From contig NOWV01000189.1 of assembly GCA_003344405.1 (NCBI GenBank), forward strand, positions 62,001-126,000: 64,000 nucleotides of DNA. The letters run 5' to 3'. The notes beneath the pieces were generated by a model. It ran no database searches. It was not told the DNA's origin and saw only the letters and a program-made list of their open reading frames with translations. Origin of the DNA: Trichoplax sp. H2. Taxonomy: Eukaryota. Within the stretch, counting starts at the first letter, position 1. Every line of letters begins with the position of its first letter. Positions 26,211 to 42,600 of this stretch are shown here, one piece after another. The position numbers were made by a program, and so were the translations under genes.

Positions 26211-28064
26211 CCGATCAGATTTATTTTAAAGTAATAAATTAACTGCATTAAACTTGTAACTGTGCTAAAGCATACAGGTTGACTTTTATTGCAATATTCC
26301 TACACCGGAAGTATCATATTTATTTCTCTGCAGTAGCTTAGATTTCCTCGTTACAAATTACGATTTATAACAATGTGGGCAACCTTACTGCTTCTTGACG
26401 ATTTTCAAATTCTTTACAACTATTAATCTTTTTTGCAGCTATTCGAATAGGATCTTGTATGGATATCTACTAGTATTCTTGTAGTGTACAAAATCAACAG
26501 TACTGTGTAGAGGAGAATGGAGATCCTTTACAATGTTGCATCATCTGATGAAATTTATTACAAAGTCAGAGTTTACTGCATTAAACTCGTATTTGCACTA
26601 AGCCATTGATACGGTGTTATACACTATAATATCTAGATTAGAGTAGAAATATCTATGTTAGGATAATTTTGTTGATATACCCTTATTTAAAGAGTTTCTA
26701 AGTTAGATATGTGATGTTTAAATATAGTACTAGCTTTTTTGGTGCTATATGCAGATACAGCTAACTGAAATTAGTAGTTTAACTTAACTAGGGAATCTAG
26801 AATAATCTTTATACAATTCAAATCACACTGTGATTGTAACTTACTTATGGTAGATTGCAGATTATCGCAGAAATATTCCGTGATAGGAGATTTTGTAATC
26901 TGACAATTTTGTATTAGTCATTCGATGTCTATGTTCATAAATACTGTTGTCTACATTAGGTAGCAGTAGATGAAATTAGCTTTTGATTGATTAGCAGGTT
27001 TCAACGTTAATACGAGTATTACTAACTAGGATGTCTTTGCTATTGTAAAAGACTATATAAATGCGATATATCGTATAATAAAGGGAGCGTTTAAGATTAG
27101 TATTTAGCGTAAGATACGAGGCGTCTAAGTCTTCTTGTAGTCTACTATTATAGGAAAAGTGTTCCTGAAATAGTAGATATTGCTCCCCGATACGTGGTTC
27201 AGGGAATCGACTTATTGATCGTACATTGCGTTATCTTGTTGCAAAGCTGTTTTGTAACAGCCGTCGATGTTGATGTTGATCCAATACCTTACGACTTACT
27301 TAATATAACTATATCAGCAGAACTATGTGATTCCTGTTTAACTTAGCAGTAATGTACTTGCATATTAATCGTGACAAGTAGAGAAATCCTTCTAGGTAAA
27401 TGTGTATCTGATACAGTATCCATCATATTTTGGCGTGAACCGGTGAACGATCCCTTGACTACCTCAACAATTGCTTCCAGGAATGAACAAGAAAGATTAA
27501 AATAATCATGATTTTATCGACAAACCTTTGATACATAAGCATATCTGCAAGCTAACTTGCCCATTGAAAGGACGAATGCAGTTGCATTGGCCATTTTATC
27601 TCCTCTTAAAGTAGCCAACACATAATGCCATTGGCTTGATTTTGCAATAATATCACAATATTGTCGGCATGATGATCATGAAGTAGCACCTTGTAATCCA
27701 GTTAGAATAGATCAAAAATCTCCGTTAACTTAATCAATAGCCCATTCTATATTTAACGAAGGAGGAGAGTGGTTAAGATGCCATTTACGCTGGTTTAAGC
27801 CAATTTGATGAGTTGCTGCTAGAAGTTGATAGAAGGACTGCCGGCTGCTGGCCTTCAAATTGGGTTCCACTACCGTATTTATAGTACAGTACAGTATAAT
27901 GGCCGGATGGTAACATGGGTGGGTACATGGCCATTTTGTAATAAGGTATAACTGGGTGTACCAGTCAGTATTCAATAGCCATACAAAACTATACAGCACT
28001 GAGAGTATGGAGGCCATGGTCGCCATAAGGACATCCTTACATCATGGATACGAAAGTTTCAGTT

Positions 28065-29290
28065 ATCAGATTAATATACGCATATTTATTGCTTCGAACA
28101 AGTTATCCATATAGAATGTATAGTTTTGAACAAGCTTTCCACATAGAATGCACAGTTTTGGATTAATTCGATCTAGCAAATTTAAGAGAGAAATCGGAAG
28201 GGTAAATGATGTCTACCACACGATATGAATTTGATCCATAGAATTAATATACGCGTATTGATTACTTCGAACAAGTTGCCCATAGAGAACGTACAGTTTT
28301 AGATTAATTTAATTTAGCAAATGTAGGAGAGAAATCGTAGTCCTTCAAATCGGAAGGATAATAGATCTATACTACCTGATATGGATTTCATCCGTAGAAT
28401 AGTTTTGTATTCTCGCGCAATTATTATATACTTTACCATAATATAGTATAGTATATTCCTCTCTTTTTACTTCCAGCAGTTGGTGATGAAACATATCTTC
28501 CACATTGGGTATGTAATCGTTTAACAATTTAACTAGAGATTAATTAATCAGATTAATATTTATTCTATCAAGCAAGTTATCCCTTTATAAATGCACTATC
28601 CCGTTAGTTCTACTTCAATCAATTAGCTATGAACCATATCTTCCACATAGGGTATGTAATCATTGAATAATTAAACTAGAGATTCATTAATCAGATTAAT
28701 ATTTATTCTATTCAACAAGTTATCCGTTTATAAATGTACAGCGTTGGATTGATTCGATCTGTTAAATTTAGGAGAGAAATCGTAGTATTTCTAATCACAG
28801 TGGCAAAATGGTCTATAACACCCGTTATGTATTTCATCGATAGAATAACTCTGTATTCTCGTACTAACATTACCTTTATCAAGCCTATTTTCTACGGTGG
28901 GATCTAATCATTTATGAATTAAATTATAGAAAATACGAGCACTCCTGTCTATTAGATCAATGGATTAGGAAAATAAAACTATCGCAACCCACCGAGGATT
29001 GATCGCTCCTGGACGACATATCTCGCACCATCAAATATAATAATTTTCGATCAAATACCCGCATTTTATAGAGATTATCCGCTTAAAATGAGTAGTAAAG
29101 ATTCATTTATTCGACTAATGGATTTCACGGAATACGTTGTTCACGGCTTATATGCAGTTTTAAATTTTACTCGATCTGAAAATTTGAGAGAAGTAACATA
29201 GTCGTTCGAATCAAAAGGGCAAATTGATCTATACTACCATGTATGTATTGGAATGAAAGTATAGCTTTGTATTCCCATCAAAATATTATA
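28065..29290. repeat. Degenerate tandem repeat array (~130-220-bp units)
   Basis: Recurrent ATTAATAT...AACAAGTTATCC and GATTAATTCGATCT...GAGAGAAATCG modules at ~28070, 28243, 28550, 28690 and 29150. Confidence 0.75.
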
Positions 29291-31234
29291 TGTACTCACA
29301 AATTAATCTAATCATCAGTCTAAACAATTCATTTAATAAAATTAACGAAGGACACTGGATGAATCTTAAAATAATAAATGAAGTAAAACAGCTGTTGAAA
29401 GCTTATTACAGTTCTAATCAGAAAGTAATTTCTATCATTCTAATAGCGTTTGGAATAAATATTTGAATTATAAAGGTTTTACTTCCGCTAAAATATATAT
29501 CAAATGGTTTGATTTAAGGCTAATAATTTGTCACTAAAAATTAGAAAAACATCTTTACTGTACTGTCATCGTAGGAAAGTTTAGAGTATTTCCAATACTT
29601 GTCTAGACTGTTCAATCTATACTGATTATCATTTCATTTCATGATATTAACTTATTGATATTGATGCTATTTGTCATCTCCTAATTGACATAAAAAACTA
29701 CTCAGGCAAGATGATACACTAAATGATCAATATTCAAATAGTATAATTCCAAAATTTTGACGAATGCTCGTTACTTGCGTTCAGTATGGATCTTCTCCTT
29801 TCAGCAGGTTTATTCTAATTTATCTTAGCAGTGACGTTTTCTAACGATAATCTTAAGCAGAGCTAGTTTCTCTCTATATTTAAAGTGACATAATCTGTTT
29901 TTTACATGCTGATAATATCTTAAGCCCAAAGGTAAAGGTACATAGATATTATATTCTAAATTGAACATCCTACTTTCTAAAATTGAATTGAAATTATTGT
30001 ATTATATCTATGATCAATATAGTCTTCAAAAGATGATATTAAGGTAAATACTGTCACTAATGTCGCTTTATTATAGCCCATGTCATCTTTAGGCCGAGTT
30101 TATCAATGCAAACTAGTACTGAAAAATAGCATCAATGAGGTTTACATCGATCGATTAGAACTAACATTATAATATTAAATAGGTGTGGTTTATTTTCTTA
30201 TTGTAGTCTAATGACATGCTGACAATGTTTCACTATGCTGGACTATAACATATTAGCGATATATGGGGGATAAGAACGAAATTTCAAATACATTAAAATG
30301 GCTTATGAGCAAGGTATCCATTCGTTCCATTAAACTCAATCCATCTATTTTGACGTGAAATAGAAATTTTTAAACATTTTACTTTAAAAATACTTTAACA
30401 AATACTTTAAAATGACTTATGAACAGTGTATTCATTCGTTCCATTATGATACGAAATAGAAATTTTTATATATTTTGCAATAGTCTATACAGTAATATTG
30501 ATCGGTAGAACAATCTTCTTGCAACTTATCGTAGAAAGCCTACTTTCTAAGGTATCAACAACGTAGAAATGGTCGACACTTTAAAATAAACAAGGACTAA
30601 AACACATTTTTAGTACAGTATTACTATAATTAGTCAGCGTAGCCACAACATACTAAATGAAGATGGATAAAATTGTACTAAAGAGCTTGAAAGTATTTAC
30701 AATAATCGTTACTCTAGACATTTGCAGTTTCCCTACTCTTCTTTCATATCGGAATAAGCTTTGATCCTCCAATATCTGTGAGAGTAGACCTCGTCGTCGA
30801 TTTTCATTATAATCCCTACTGCAACATCGTAATATTCAATCCTCCTTGAACAATTATACAAATAGATGGAGGATGATATTTAAACTTCTCTCCTTTTAAA
30901 ACAGTTCCTGTACATCTCCTCATTTATAACAAATTTTAACTCTCATTCATTATCGATGAAAGTAGCGCTTGTTGTTTATATTTAATAGACCGGCTGTTAT
31001 GTAAAAGTGCGACATTGTAGCTCGTATTAGTGTATCTTTGGTATCTGGACCAGGTACAAGATGCAGTGATGAGATGATATGGTAATAGGGATGACTAGCA
31101 TTAGAAGTGTGAAGATTTTGCATATATGAATTATATAAATAAGCTAAGCTAATATAATAAAATAGTTCTTAATCACCTAAGCTTGTGGAGTCACTGAGTT
31201 ACTATTCGCTAAGGTTCTACTAGCTAGAGACGAA

Positions 31235-32125
31235 ACACCTGCAATGATCATTTTGATTGCTCCTATCCTAGTATAACCTTATCATTTTCTCGAATGTCTC
31301 ATGCAGTCCCAGTCACGGCGAATTTTAACCCCGTGTTTAAATTAAAATTAGTGCTTCATTCTTTCAACTTTGCATAGTTCCTTAAAGCTTGTTGATGTCT
31401 AACGCAAGTTGTGCTTTTCTTCGAGCAGGTTGCTACCTTACTAGGGCTTTCAATCATCATTTTGATCGCTCTTGTCCTAGTATAACCTCGTCATTTTCTC
31501 ACATTGTCCAAACAGCACCACCAAAGTGAATTTCAGCCCCATCGGCGTATGTAGAATATTGGTATTTATCATCGATTGCTGATGAAATTAGAACTTTTTG
31601 TTTATATTTTATAGGTCTTCAATGATCATTTTGATCACTCTTGCCCTAGTATAACCTCATTCTTATCTCCGATTGTTCCATGCAGCCTTAGCCAAGACGA
31701 ATTCTAGTCCCATATTTAAATTAATATTAGTACCAAATTTTCTCAACTTGAAGCAGTCCATGTCTAGCACAAGTTAAACTTTCACCGAACTTGTTGTGTT
31801 TAACTTGGAAGGGAATGCAATCATCATTTCGATCGCCCTTGTCCTAGTATTACCTCATCCTTTTCTCCTATTTTTCAATTATCCCCTTTAGCCCTAGCCA
31901 AGGTGAATTCCAGTCCCACATTTAAATTAATTTTAGTACTTCATTTTGTCAACTTTCAACAGTCCACATGTAGCACAAGATTGCACTTTCATCGAGCTTG
32001 TTACTTATCTTGGAAGGACCAGCAATCATCCATTTTAGATGGCCCTAGTCCTATTATAATCTCATCGTTTCTCCAATTGTCTCATCCATCCTAGTCAATG
32101 TAAATTCCAGCCCTATCTCTCAATT
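31235..32125. repeat. Degenerate ~190-200-bp tandem repeat, about 5 copies
   Basis: CAAT(C/G)ATCATTTTGATCGC...CCTAGTATAACCTCATC...GAATTCCAGTCCC modules at ~31241, 31451, 31620, 31818 and 32023. Confidence 0.85.
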
Positions 32126-33632
32126 TCCATTTGGATGCCTATCCAGATGCTAGTTTATGCAAATAAGTTAAAACAGAATGGCGAGACAATAAATAATAAA
32201 GTCTTTGCTGGCAGGACAATAAGGTGATGGACAATAACAGTTAATTTGAAAAGATGACGTAGCCATTAAGCTTTGTTGTTCGATTACTCAAGTTGGAAAA
32301 TTAGGATAGGCAATAGGGCTTGAAGAATTGGATTAATATTAGTAAATAGACTGATTCCTCTCTTGCTGCCTATAGTTGATCATCCAGAATGGATTGAGAT
32401 GACTGTATTGTATACGAAGGGAGTTACCATCGATCGATTAGGAATCAACGTTGCAACTATCCAACACCCCCACCAGTATCATCATTCTTGTCGCTATTTG
32501 CCATGCCAACGTTATTTGCCATCCATTTGTTAATGATCGTTGGTCGAGAAAACTTGCTAAGAAAATAAATAAACTCTCTTCTGTCCTACAGAGTAATTGG
32601 AATTCTTGCTTGAGTTGGATTCCAAGTTATTCTATCCTACAGGATAAGGTATGTGATGAGTGTATAAAATTGAATCCATAGTCTAAATGAAGATAAGCCG
32701 ATCCAATAAGAACATTATTGTTCATCTCTATTGGACAGCATTGTTGGATAGGCAAAGATGGCGATGACTGTCTTATGATTGATTGCATGCGGATATAAAC
32801 GCCATCGCCTTGCTCTCTCTCTCTTCTTTTCGTTCACTTCTACCCTTGATAACTGTAATAATAACTTTAAAAAATCTCCATTTCAATCTCAGCCAGTCTA
32901 TTTAATAGAAAACCATTGAAAATGGGTGTGAGAAAGGAAAGAAATTAATAAATTAGTTATGCAACCATGACTCTATCGACAAGAAGAAAAGACATATCTT
33001 CTCCTTTTTTTCTATCTTTCTAACTGACTTTGTTCAGAGTAATGGAGTTCTATCTTCTGTCGATGATATTGAAGGATGGAGTTATAAATGTATTCTTTCA
33101 CTATAAGATATTGTTTCTATCTTGTATTTATTCTATCTGCACTTATTTTCACAGAAGAGAAAGAAAAAGAGAGTAAACGCTAGCTAGTTTGAAAGTAAAT
33201 TGGTGTCAATGGCTTGTTCATTGGCTTGCTAATGAATATGTTACATGATTACCTTGACAAATGCGCTCATTTGACCGTTTACAATTTCATTTGTCTTCAT
33301 GACTTCCTGTACAGTTATTATCATCTGGATAGAATGATGATGATTATGTTATTGCTTGATGGTATTCTATACTTGATCAATCAGGAGGAATGCCAAATAG
33401 CCATCCTCTATAAATATCCTTCATTTTGATGTATATGATTTTGATTGCATTCTAGGCTAGCCATCGTTGCTACCGTTAAAGAGTGGAAAGTCTCAACTCC
33501 TTTTACCCATTTCATTCCGTGAATTCGTTGGAGAACCTTATCCACAGAAAGAGTGGAAAGTCGTTCTGATTAACTTGAACTTCAATTACTTCATCTTGAT
33601 TCCTCTCCCACTATACATCTATTCATCGAATC

Positions 33633-36600
33633 ATGGCTGATGATAATAATAGAACTTCTAATGAACGTGTTGATCATACATGCAAGGTTAGTAGTCAAGC
33701 TAGAAATATCCATTTCTTATATGATGAAGTAAAATTATCCAATATCAAACTAGTCCTCGAATCGTGTATAAAATCATCAGTACTCGTAGTCGATTATTTT
33801 CAATCCGAGATATAAACTTGATTCTTTCCCTTCAACATAAACTATCTTATGTCGTTTGTATCGCTTTATTACCAACTGTCCTTTTTTTAAATTTTGTCTT
33901 CTCAACAACTTGATTAAGCTTAGTTTAATAAAGTCTACGACAGCTATTTCATTTCTCCCGTTGATTAGTATAGTATTGGATTTAACCTTGTTATACGACT
34001 TTTCTAGGTTATGCTGATTGGCGATTCCGGTGTAGGCAAAACATGCGTTTTAGTCCGATATAAAAATGGTGCATTCTTGTCTGGTTCATTTATTTCAACA
34101 GTTGGATTAGATTTTCGTGTAAGTAGATTAGTTAGCTTAGTCGATGTTGCAATCGTTTTGTTTCTATGCCATTTATTACATTTTATCGTGTTATTTTGTA
34201 TAATACTGACGTAAGGTATCTCAGTCTCTGACTAATAACGAGTTACAACTTTAATCGCGATCTTGATTGAAATAGACTTGTAGTCAATGAAAATTGCCAT
34301 GTCTATCATTTTTCTTATGGTCTGTTCTATTTTAATTGAACTACAGTAGAAAATAGAGCTTTCATATCTTATAACTCTTGAGGAAAGCAAATTAATAGAC
34401 TGATATTAGTCGTTGATCAATAAGGAGTAACAACTTTGGTTATGATCTTGATTGAAATGGACGTGTAGTCATTGAAATTTCGATGTCCATCATTTTCTCT
34501 ATTGACTACTCTATTCTAATTTAGCCGCAGTAGAAAATAGAGCTTTAATGTCTTTATAAATCTAGAGGAAAACAAACTAATAGGCTTACAAATTAGAATA
34601 GTAACCATTTAAGACCACGCTTGGAATTGTTTATACAATCTATTCTATCCTTTCCTTCTTTTTCTTTTGGGCACTTTTACTCCCTCTTCTTTCTCATGCA
34701 AAGGCAATTTTCTCTTAGCAATAGCCATTCCTATCGTCTTCAATATATTGAAAATTCATCAAGTCTGGCGACATGGTCGCAAATGGTCTCTATCACCTTA
34801 TTAAATGATTGTATTTTACATTATTCAACAGTATTTGTACCATCCTTCTAACGTGAAAAGTCGGGCGAGTAGTTTTTTCATTGCCCTAGGTATTTTCCTA
34901 TTCTTCTCCCAACATAATATCGCACTAATTCAAAGTCAATAAGATCAGATGAGGAAGCCATAAATAAGCTAGGATAAAACTATTCCAATTGCTCATTTAT
35001 CGCTTACAAGATTGTTTTCATGGTCATAAAATTGGGCCAATAAGCAATGAAGTTGTATGATATTGACCAAACTTGTAAGGATTGTCACATTACTCAAGCT
35101 TTCCTGTTTTCATTTCTCTTCCATTCCTTTAATAAATAACCTCAACCATTCTTCCTTGTAACGGAATGAAACCTTCGTACTTGGGACTATTTATTAGTTC
35201 ATGGCCAGTGATCAACATTAAACTGCAATGTTAGTCAACAAAACCCATGTCTTGATAGTCTTTCTTGGTTAGGAAAAGTGGTTGGAGCTTTTAATAAGCT
35301 ACAAACCATCAGTCATAGCTACTAATTCGATGGTAGTAAAGCAAGACGAGTGTTCTTGGAAGGATTAGACGAAAAATATCGCCATTTAGCTTATTCAACC
35401 TAGCCATCCAGTTATTGAAAATGGTTATATAAACTCTGTTCGTTGTCTAACAAGACAAATGTTTCTTTCTTCAACGATTAACCGGAGTTGCTGTCATAGT
35501 TTAGGCTATCTTAAGGTATCTACTTGGAAAATTTTATCAGCTCTCGCCCGTTAACTTAGTGTAAGGCAATAATTCTTTCTAATCAGGCAGCCTAATCTGG
35601 CATAAAATATCATATAGCACGACTGAATCCGAGAGCAGCTACAATAATGATTTCTTCTAGCACCAATTCAGATGGCCTTCCATCTTCACTATTTCTTTCC
35701 TAAACCATTAGCGATATTTATTATAACGGTTTAGTTCGTTATAGTTGATGTACCCTACAATTTCATCGGCTATCGTTGGTCAGCTTATCATAGAATTAGA
35801 GTAAAGCAACCTAGGAGGACTGTTGTTATGTTCTTAAACCTGCCATAAATATATCTGATATCGCCATTGAACTAAAGTATAGTTATGGCAGTGGTTCTTT
35901 CCCGAACGAATCCAGATGGCCATTTTCTAGTATTCCTATCTTCAAATATGAACGAAAGTGGTTAGAATGAATTAGGCAATCTTAGGTCGTCTACCTGGGC
36001 AATTGCATCGGCCACAGTTGGTAAATGTATTTAATCTAAGCACATTGATGTCAGTAATTCTTTCGAGAGTAAATACAGAAGGCCAATTCTACAGTTGAAG
36101 CAATCCAAGTTTTACAGGAATAAGAGCATGATATCATAGTTAGTGCGGCAATTCTATCTCAAACCACTGGTAATCATCATGCTAGCTGTCAAAGCAATCA
36201 ACTTTTACATCACATCATCAGCCATCGTTAATCATTCCTGAACATAGGTTGAGTAGTAAGAGAATAAGTATCCCATCTTGTGCAAATACAGCTCAGTGGT
36301 GTAACTATTAAAACTATTAAAGTTAGACATCAAAGTATTTTATAGTCGTCATTTAAACTAAGCAAAGTAATCCGTTAAGGTTGATCTTCCTTCTTGAATG
36401 ATGATATTGGATTCTTAAAACAGTTTAAGCCATTTCAAACATAGTTCAAGCTATCCATTAATACGTTAAAGTGCCTTAAAATTTAAAGTAAACGATTGGA
36501 GATTATCACTATAAGGGGTTAAGCTATTTAAGTATAACGCAAAATCTTGAACTATCTTATTTAACCTTACACTTAGGACAAAAAATTAACTTTACTTTTC

Positions 36601-39600
36601 AGCAATAAGTGATGATGAGTAACAGCCTTCAACTAGCCTCATTTTACAGAAATTCATCAATTCGCCTTTGTAATTGCTACATAGTAGTAAAATGATTTAC
36701 AAGTAGTAGCATTTTCCCTTTTTGAACAAATACGAATCGTTCTTCGAGACTGGGTATACCCTCTACTATGCCTTACTGAAGCATTATTAGGTTATTTTGA
36801 CGAAGCCCTAAGAAAAACAGGTCTCTTCTTTCTAAATCTTAGAACATTATCCTACTCTTCCGTGATATTGAACCATTTATAGGATTCCTTCTATCAAGCT
36901 AAAAAAGACTATGGCGTAGCTTGTTAACATTAATTGCATGCTTGCAAACAATTAGCATTGAGCTTAACAATTCGCGCACTAGAAAGGCTTCATTAAGCTA
37001 TTAGAGGCGATAAAATAACTTAGTAATCTTCATGTCCTATTGGTTCCGATCAATTTATTTTCCTGCTCCAAGAATAAAACAGAATTAATTTATACAATAC
37101 AAAACGAGATAATTTAAACTATCAATTCGATCAATTTCATAATTAATTCATGATTAACTTCGTTGAGAGAATTTCAGTTTCTTTTACCGTTTTACAATAA
37201 GATGACATTCGATAACTAGTGATGCTAGTCTACAATATAAGTCAAATTATTTCACAATATTTCATGGTTTATAGTCTGACAAAATAGGTCGTTCATGATA
37301 TTCTTGTTATTGAGCTTGAATCAATGCTAATTTCTAGGCGTCTTGAAGCATAATTCAAGGCTGGATAATAAGATTTTGCTCAGTTTTGGTTTGGAGCATT
37401 AAAGAATGAGTCATAAAATTTTTCATAATTTCTAATGGGTTACAGTCCGCTGAAATAGATTGATATTTTCGTTAGTTGGTTTAGAATCAATTCCAGTTTC
37501 TGTGCATCTTTTAGCATGATTCAGGGAAGATAATAAGAGTTCAATTTTAATTCTTAACCATGAAGTAAAGAGATAAAGGATAGGAATTTGTTCCAACCTC
37601 ATTCTTGATGCATAAATTAAGGGTTTAGCAATTAGCTATATTTTTGTTTTATTAGAGCAATTCTGGACTAAAAAATTGAATTTATTACAATTTAATTTAT
37701 TTGACTATGAAACAAGGCTAGATCATAGAATCTTAATATATTCTTACTTTATTGATCATAAATCACTGCTAGATCATATAAACCCGTTATATTTTAGTTT
37801 TATTGATTACAAATCACGGCTTAATCGTATTGTACAAATTTGTTATACGTGTTCCTGTATTTTATGAATATATTAAGGTTTAGATGATAGGGAATTGTTA
37901 CCGTCTCGTCCTATAATTATATATAATTGCGATTCAAGGGTATGTGATTAGAAGAGTTTATTGCATTCTTGTTTTCTAAGCATACATCAAAGATAAGATT
38001 ATAAAAGTTTGTTATACTCTTGTTTTTACGCATAATTCAAGGGTTAGATTATATGAGTTTTGCTCTATTCTTGCTCTGTCAGTAGAAATCAAGGATTAGA
38101 TTATAGAAGTTTGGTATGTTCTAGTTTTTTTAGCCGAGGATTGGGCAATAAGTATTTATTCTATTTATGTCTTTGAAGCATAAATTTAAAGTATCGTTAT
38201 AGGAGTTTGTTCTAATTTTGTTCTATAAACACAAATCAAAAGTATTTTTACAGGAGTTTGCTCTGTTTTTGTTTTTGAAACATAAACAAGAGTATCGTTA
38301 TAGGAATTGTTATACTCTTGTTCTGCAAACAAACACAAATCAAGAGTTAAATTATAAAAGTTTGTTATCTTCTTGTTCTATAAACATGAATCAAGAGTTC
38401 TGTTATAGAATTTTATCATATTATTGCTTTAAAAAACTTAAATCAAAAAAGAGATTATATGACTTGCTACGATATAGTCTTCTTCTGGTAAAATAAGTCA
38501 AGGTTGGATAATTTGAGCATGAATTCTGGCTGAAATGTAAGAATTTCATATACTAAAAAACTAGAAGCATGAATTATCAGCTAGTTTATGATAGTTCACA
38601 TGGTAATTCTTGCTCTTTCAGCAACAGTCAAAAGTAGTTTATACGCATTTATTATGTAATCTTGAATCCTAGCCAGTATATTCGAGGTTGTTATAATCTT
38701 GTTGAATTTTTAAAACCATGAATCAATACTGACTTAGTAATTATATAAGACATCAACAGTAGATTTTAACCTCTAGTCCCTTTTATATGACAATTTTATT
38801 GTTAATTGACGCATATCATCGCTCTGGCCAATCGATTTCATTCCGCTGCTTTTGGATATGACTTCGCTAAAACTATTGCAATAATTGAATATCGATAGAC
38901 AGAATGGATTTTTTTCCTTTCTTGCCCATGACAAGACGTAATGGATAATGTATTAACCTTGTTAAAAAAAGTAATCACAGTTTTAGGCGATCATCTTTTT
39001 AATTTATGGTAATTATGAGCACTTATATACTTTCGAGACAATGCTAGCCTTTACTCCCGTCATAGTATGAATTGAAAATAGAAGAAATCTTGTTGCAGTT
39101 GCTGTAGTTTTATCTTTTGTCAGATGAATCGCATTGCAAGTTTACCGTTATTATTAACTTACTATTTATTTCTTCTATTAAGGTGCAATATAAATAGCTT
39201 GTAGATGTTCTATTCAAATCTTTCGCTATTTCATTTATCTCCTTTTTATTGCAGAACAAAATTGTCGACGTAGATGGTACCAACGTTAAACTACAGGTAA
39301 GTGCATTAGTAAAACAAGAATAATTGGAGTAAACTTTTTTTAAAGAATTTAAAATTATTATAAAATTTCTTTTATCTATCTTTCCCCTTCATTCTGATTG
39401 TCTTGTTAATTCCATCGTCATTTATTTTAATCATTACAAGGTAATTATTGTTCACTTATTCAATATAGAGGTTATAGTCCCTTCATGATTATTAATGAAC
39501 TGTTAATGAAACTCACTTATGCGAATCTATTTAAAAATAATCGATAAATGTCCATTTTCTCATGAAAACCATCCGATAGGCGTTGGCATAGATTATTAAG

Positions 39601-42600
39601 CAATTTAACAAAGATATAGCAGTCATTACTTAGTGTGTTATACAATACTATACATTGTTTCTATTTTTCGTAGAAAGTTGTTGACAATGTAGTATCTGGT
39701 CTACAGAAAGACAATATAATTCTTTACTATCTGCTTAAACTTGCAGTTTCTTCTTCATGCTGTCGATCCTATCGTGTATTACGAATTAATTAAGTTCATC
39801 TAGCAGATGTAATCCATCTTCTTAAGCTTGTAGTTCTGCATTCTGCCAATCTTATCTGCTACTATTAGCTAATTTAGATAGATGCAGTCTTTGTTTGATG
39901 GTATTTCCTCTTTAAACCTCACAGAGAAAGAGTAACTCGGACGAAGCCTATAAACTAGCCATAAAATTAGCCTGTTTACAATTAATTTCATCATTGCCTT
40001 ACGGAAGGTTTACCAATGACGTGTATACTTATAGCGTATAACCCGAAAATTTCATTCTATATTTGAAGTAGCCATTTGTATCTGCTTAGGAAGTAACTTT
40101 TATGCAATCTCGCATTATTTTCTTCATCTTATCATGCTTGTTATTTGGCTAATTTACTGTCAATCTAACTATTACTTGATAGAAGCTACAGCCTGATTCT
40201 TTAATTATATTGATGGACAGTATTGGAGTAAATTATTTTTAAGACAATAATCTATTGTAGTTTATGAGCTAATGCCGTCATTACTTGATGAAAAAAAGCT
40301 TTAGCAATGCTTTTAGTCTATTTAGAATGTAAGGATACTTTAGATATAATAATCTATTGCCAGAATTGGCCAATTTAGAATTAATTGAGACAGTAATCTT
40401 CCATACTTTTAGCTAGTTTACGGATTAATCTCATAATTGGCTGATGAAGAGTATACTATAAAGATACTTCTAGTCCATTTAAAACGTTAGAATACTGTAG
40501 ATGTAATAATTTTATTACTGGAATTGACCAATTTAAAATTATTTGGACAATAACATACCATAACATTAGCTAGTTTATGGCTAATGTCATAATAGATTGA
40601 TGAAAATTACGCTATAGGGATACTTTCAGTTTATTTAGAATATAAGAATGCTGTAGACATAACAATTCCTTACTAAAATCGACCATTTATAATTATGCCA
40701 TGTTATGTAGAACAATTTACTCAGCGCAATTATAGACTTGTTGTAATTAGATAGTTCAGGATAGATAACATAATAATCAACTGTTGTATACCGATGGAAG
40801 CCTATTTGACCATTTACGAAGGAAAGATTAGAGCAAATTTCCTCCTTCCCCAATTTGTCCAAATTTGAAATGCATTACAAGAGTGTAAACTAAGGGAGGA
40901 CTTATTCTCATAAATTAATCAGCTTAATTAGTAAATTAAAGAGAAAAATATTTAAGTAACAAAAGTAATTCATTTAGCTATGTAAAACATTAATACAAAA
41001 ATCCATCTACCAATAAGCAGCAACACCGATCCAATGGATTGTAAATGAAATAATTTAATTTTAGGATTGTATTCTAGAATAAGTTCTCTATTAATTTAAT
41101 GTTAGTAAATTAAAAAGAGACCTGAAATAAATACTATTACTTTTGCGAATATTTTAACTTAGTAAAATGCAATCAAAGTCAAAATTAAATCGATCTTGTT
41201 TAGCCACAGCAATATCCTCCGTAATGGTGTTTTTTACTAGATCATTGACTGTTCTAACTTAAACTCAGAGTAAAATAGAAGTTATTACATTTATTTCGAT
41301 GATAAATTTTAGGAGAATCATTTTAATGGAATTGGATACAGATTTTCCCATCAATCCTTTACTAACATTACCCTACAAACACTCTCGAATTCAATTATCC
41401 ATTGCGATAAATGAAATAGAAACTTAATTTTGTTACTCATTCTACATAATAGAAGTACTCTAATTTATTTAGTGGCAGGCTTTTATTCGGATTACATGGT
41501 CTACAACTCTTGTTCACAGGCAGCATCTGCCATTATAAATTGAATTATAAATTAAATTAATTAGGACAAGTATGGATTATAAATTTCGACGTGATATCTA
41601 TATAAGAAACTTTGGAATCTATGAATTACTGAGCAGGGTTTTAAATGAAACACCGTAAAAGAGGGCTATAGAAATTTGACGTTGAGTATTATTCTTACCA
41701 ATCTGATGAAATTAAAAACTAGATTAAAGTCATTAAACTCCTATTCAAAGCAAGCAGATCGCTAGGATCATTATATTATTGAATAACACGTATCCCATAA
41801 CTTTCATATGACTGTCTTACTTGTATTTGAGTATGATTGTGCTAAAATCACCAAACCAATTCTAACCTGGTTACTGTCATGATTTATATTAAAATCATTG
41901 TAACCCAATAGTTGAAAAATTTCTTTTAATTCTAGCGTTATATTACTTAAAATTATATATTTTATACTCGTAAACCTCGAAGGTATATATCTTCAGATGC
42001 ATGATCATTATTGCTCAAAAATACTAATTCTGTTTAAACCTGGTAACTGTCGTGATTTATTGGAGATATAGCTTAAAACTAGGATGATTTCAAATCTTAA
42101 TTATAATCATTTCTACTTTATAATAAGATTTGGGATACTGCTGGTCAAGAAAGGTTCCGCAGCGTAACTCACGCTTATTTTCGCGATGCTCATGGTAAGA
42201 TTGATATCTCTTCCATCTTAAACTAGTAAATATAATTTTGATCCATCGATGATTTATAATCCCTTTCCATATTAACTATCAAATGCACTAAAGTTTCGGG
42301 ATCTTGCTATAGATTATGTCTTATTCTAAATTTTTGCTTCATTTATTAGCACTTTTGCTGCTGTATGATGTAACCAATAAAAAGTCATTTGAAAATGTTC
42401 TAGTAAGTCTTCTATGAAATGAATCACAATTTTGGAACGCGTGTTGCACCTTTACTTACTTTCATAACTATAAAATAAGGAATACCAGCTTCTATTATTT
42501 TATAATTAATGTTATTGTCGATACCGTACCTTAAACGAACTGAATGTTAACTGGCGATGACCTATGATGCATCAATATTTCCCTAACCTAAAGCATTAAA

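Noticed and set aside
30700-32125. Decayed coding or TPR-repeat sequence on the minus strand
   Set aside because: Stops occur in the frames I translated and there is no recognisable repeat consensus. I treated it as non-coding satellite.
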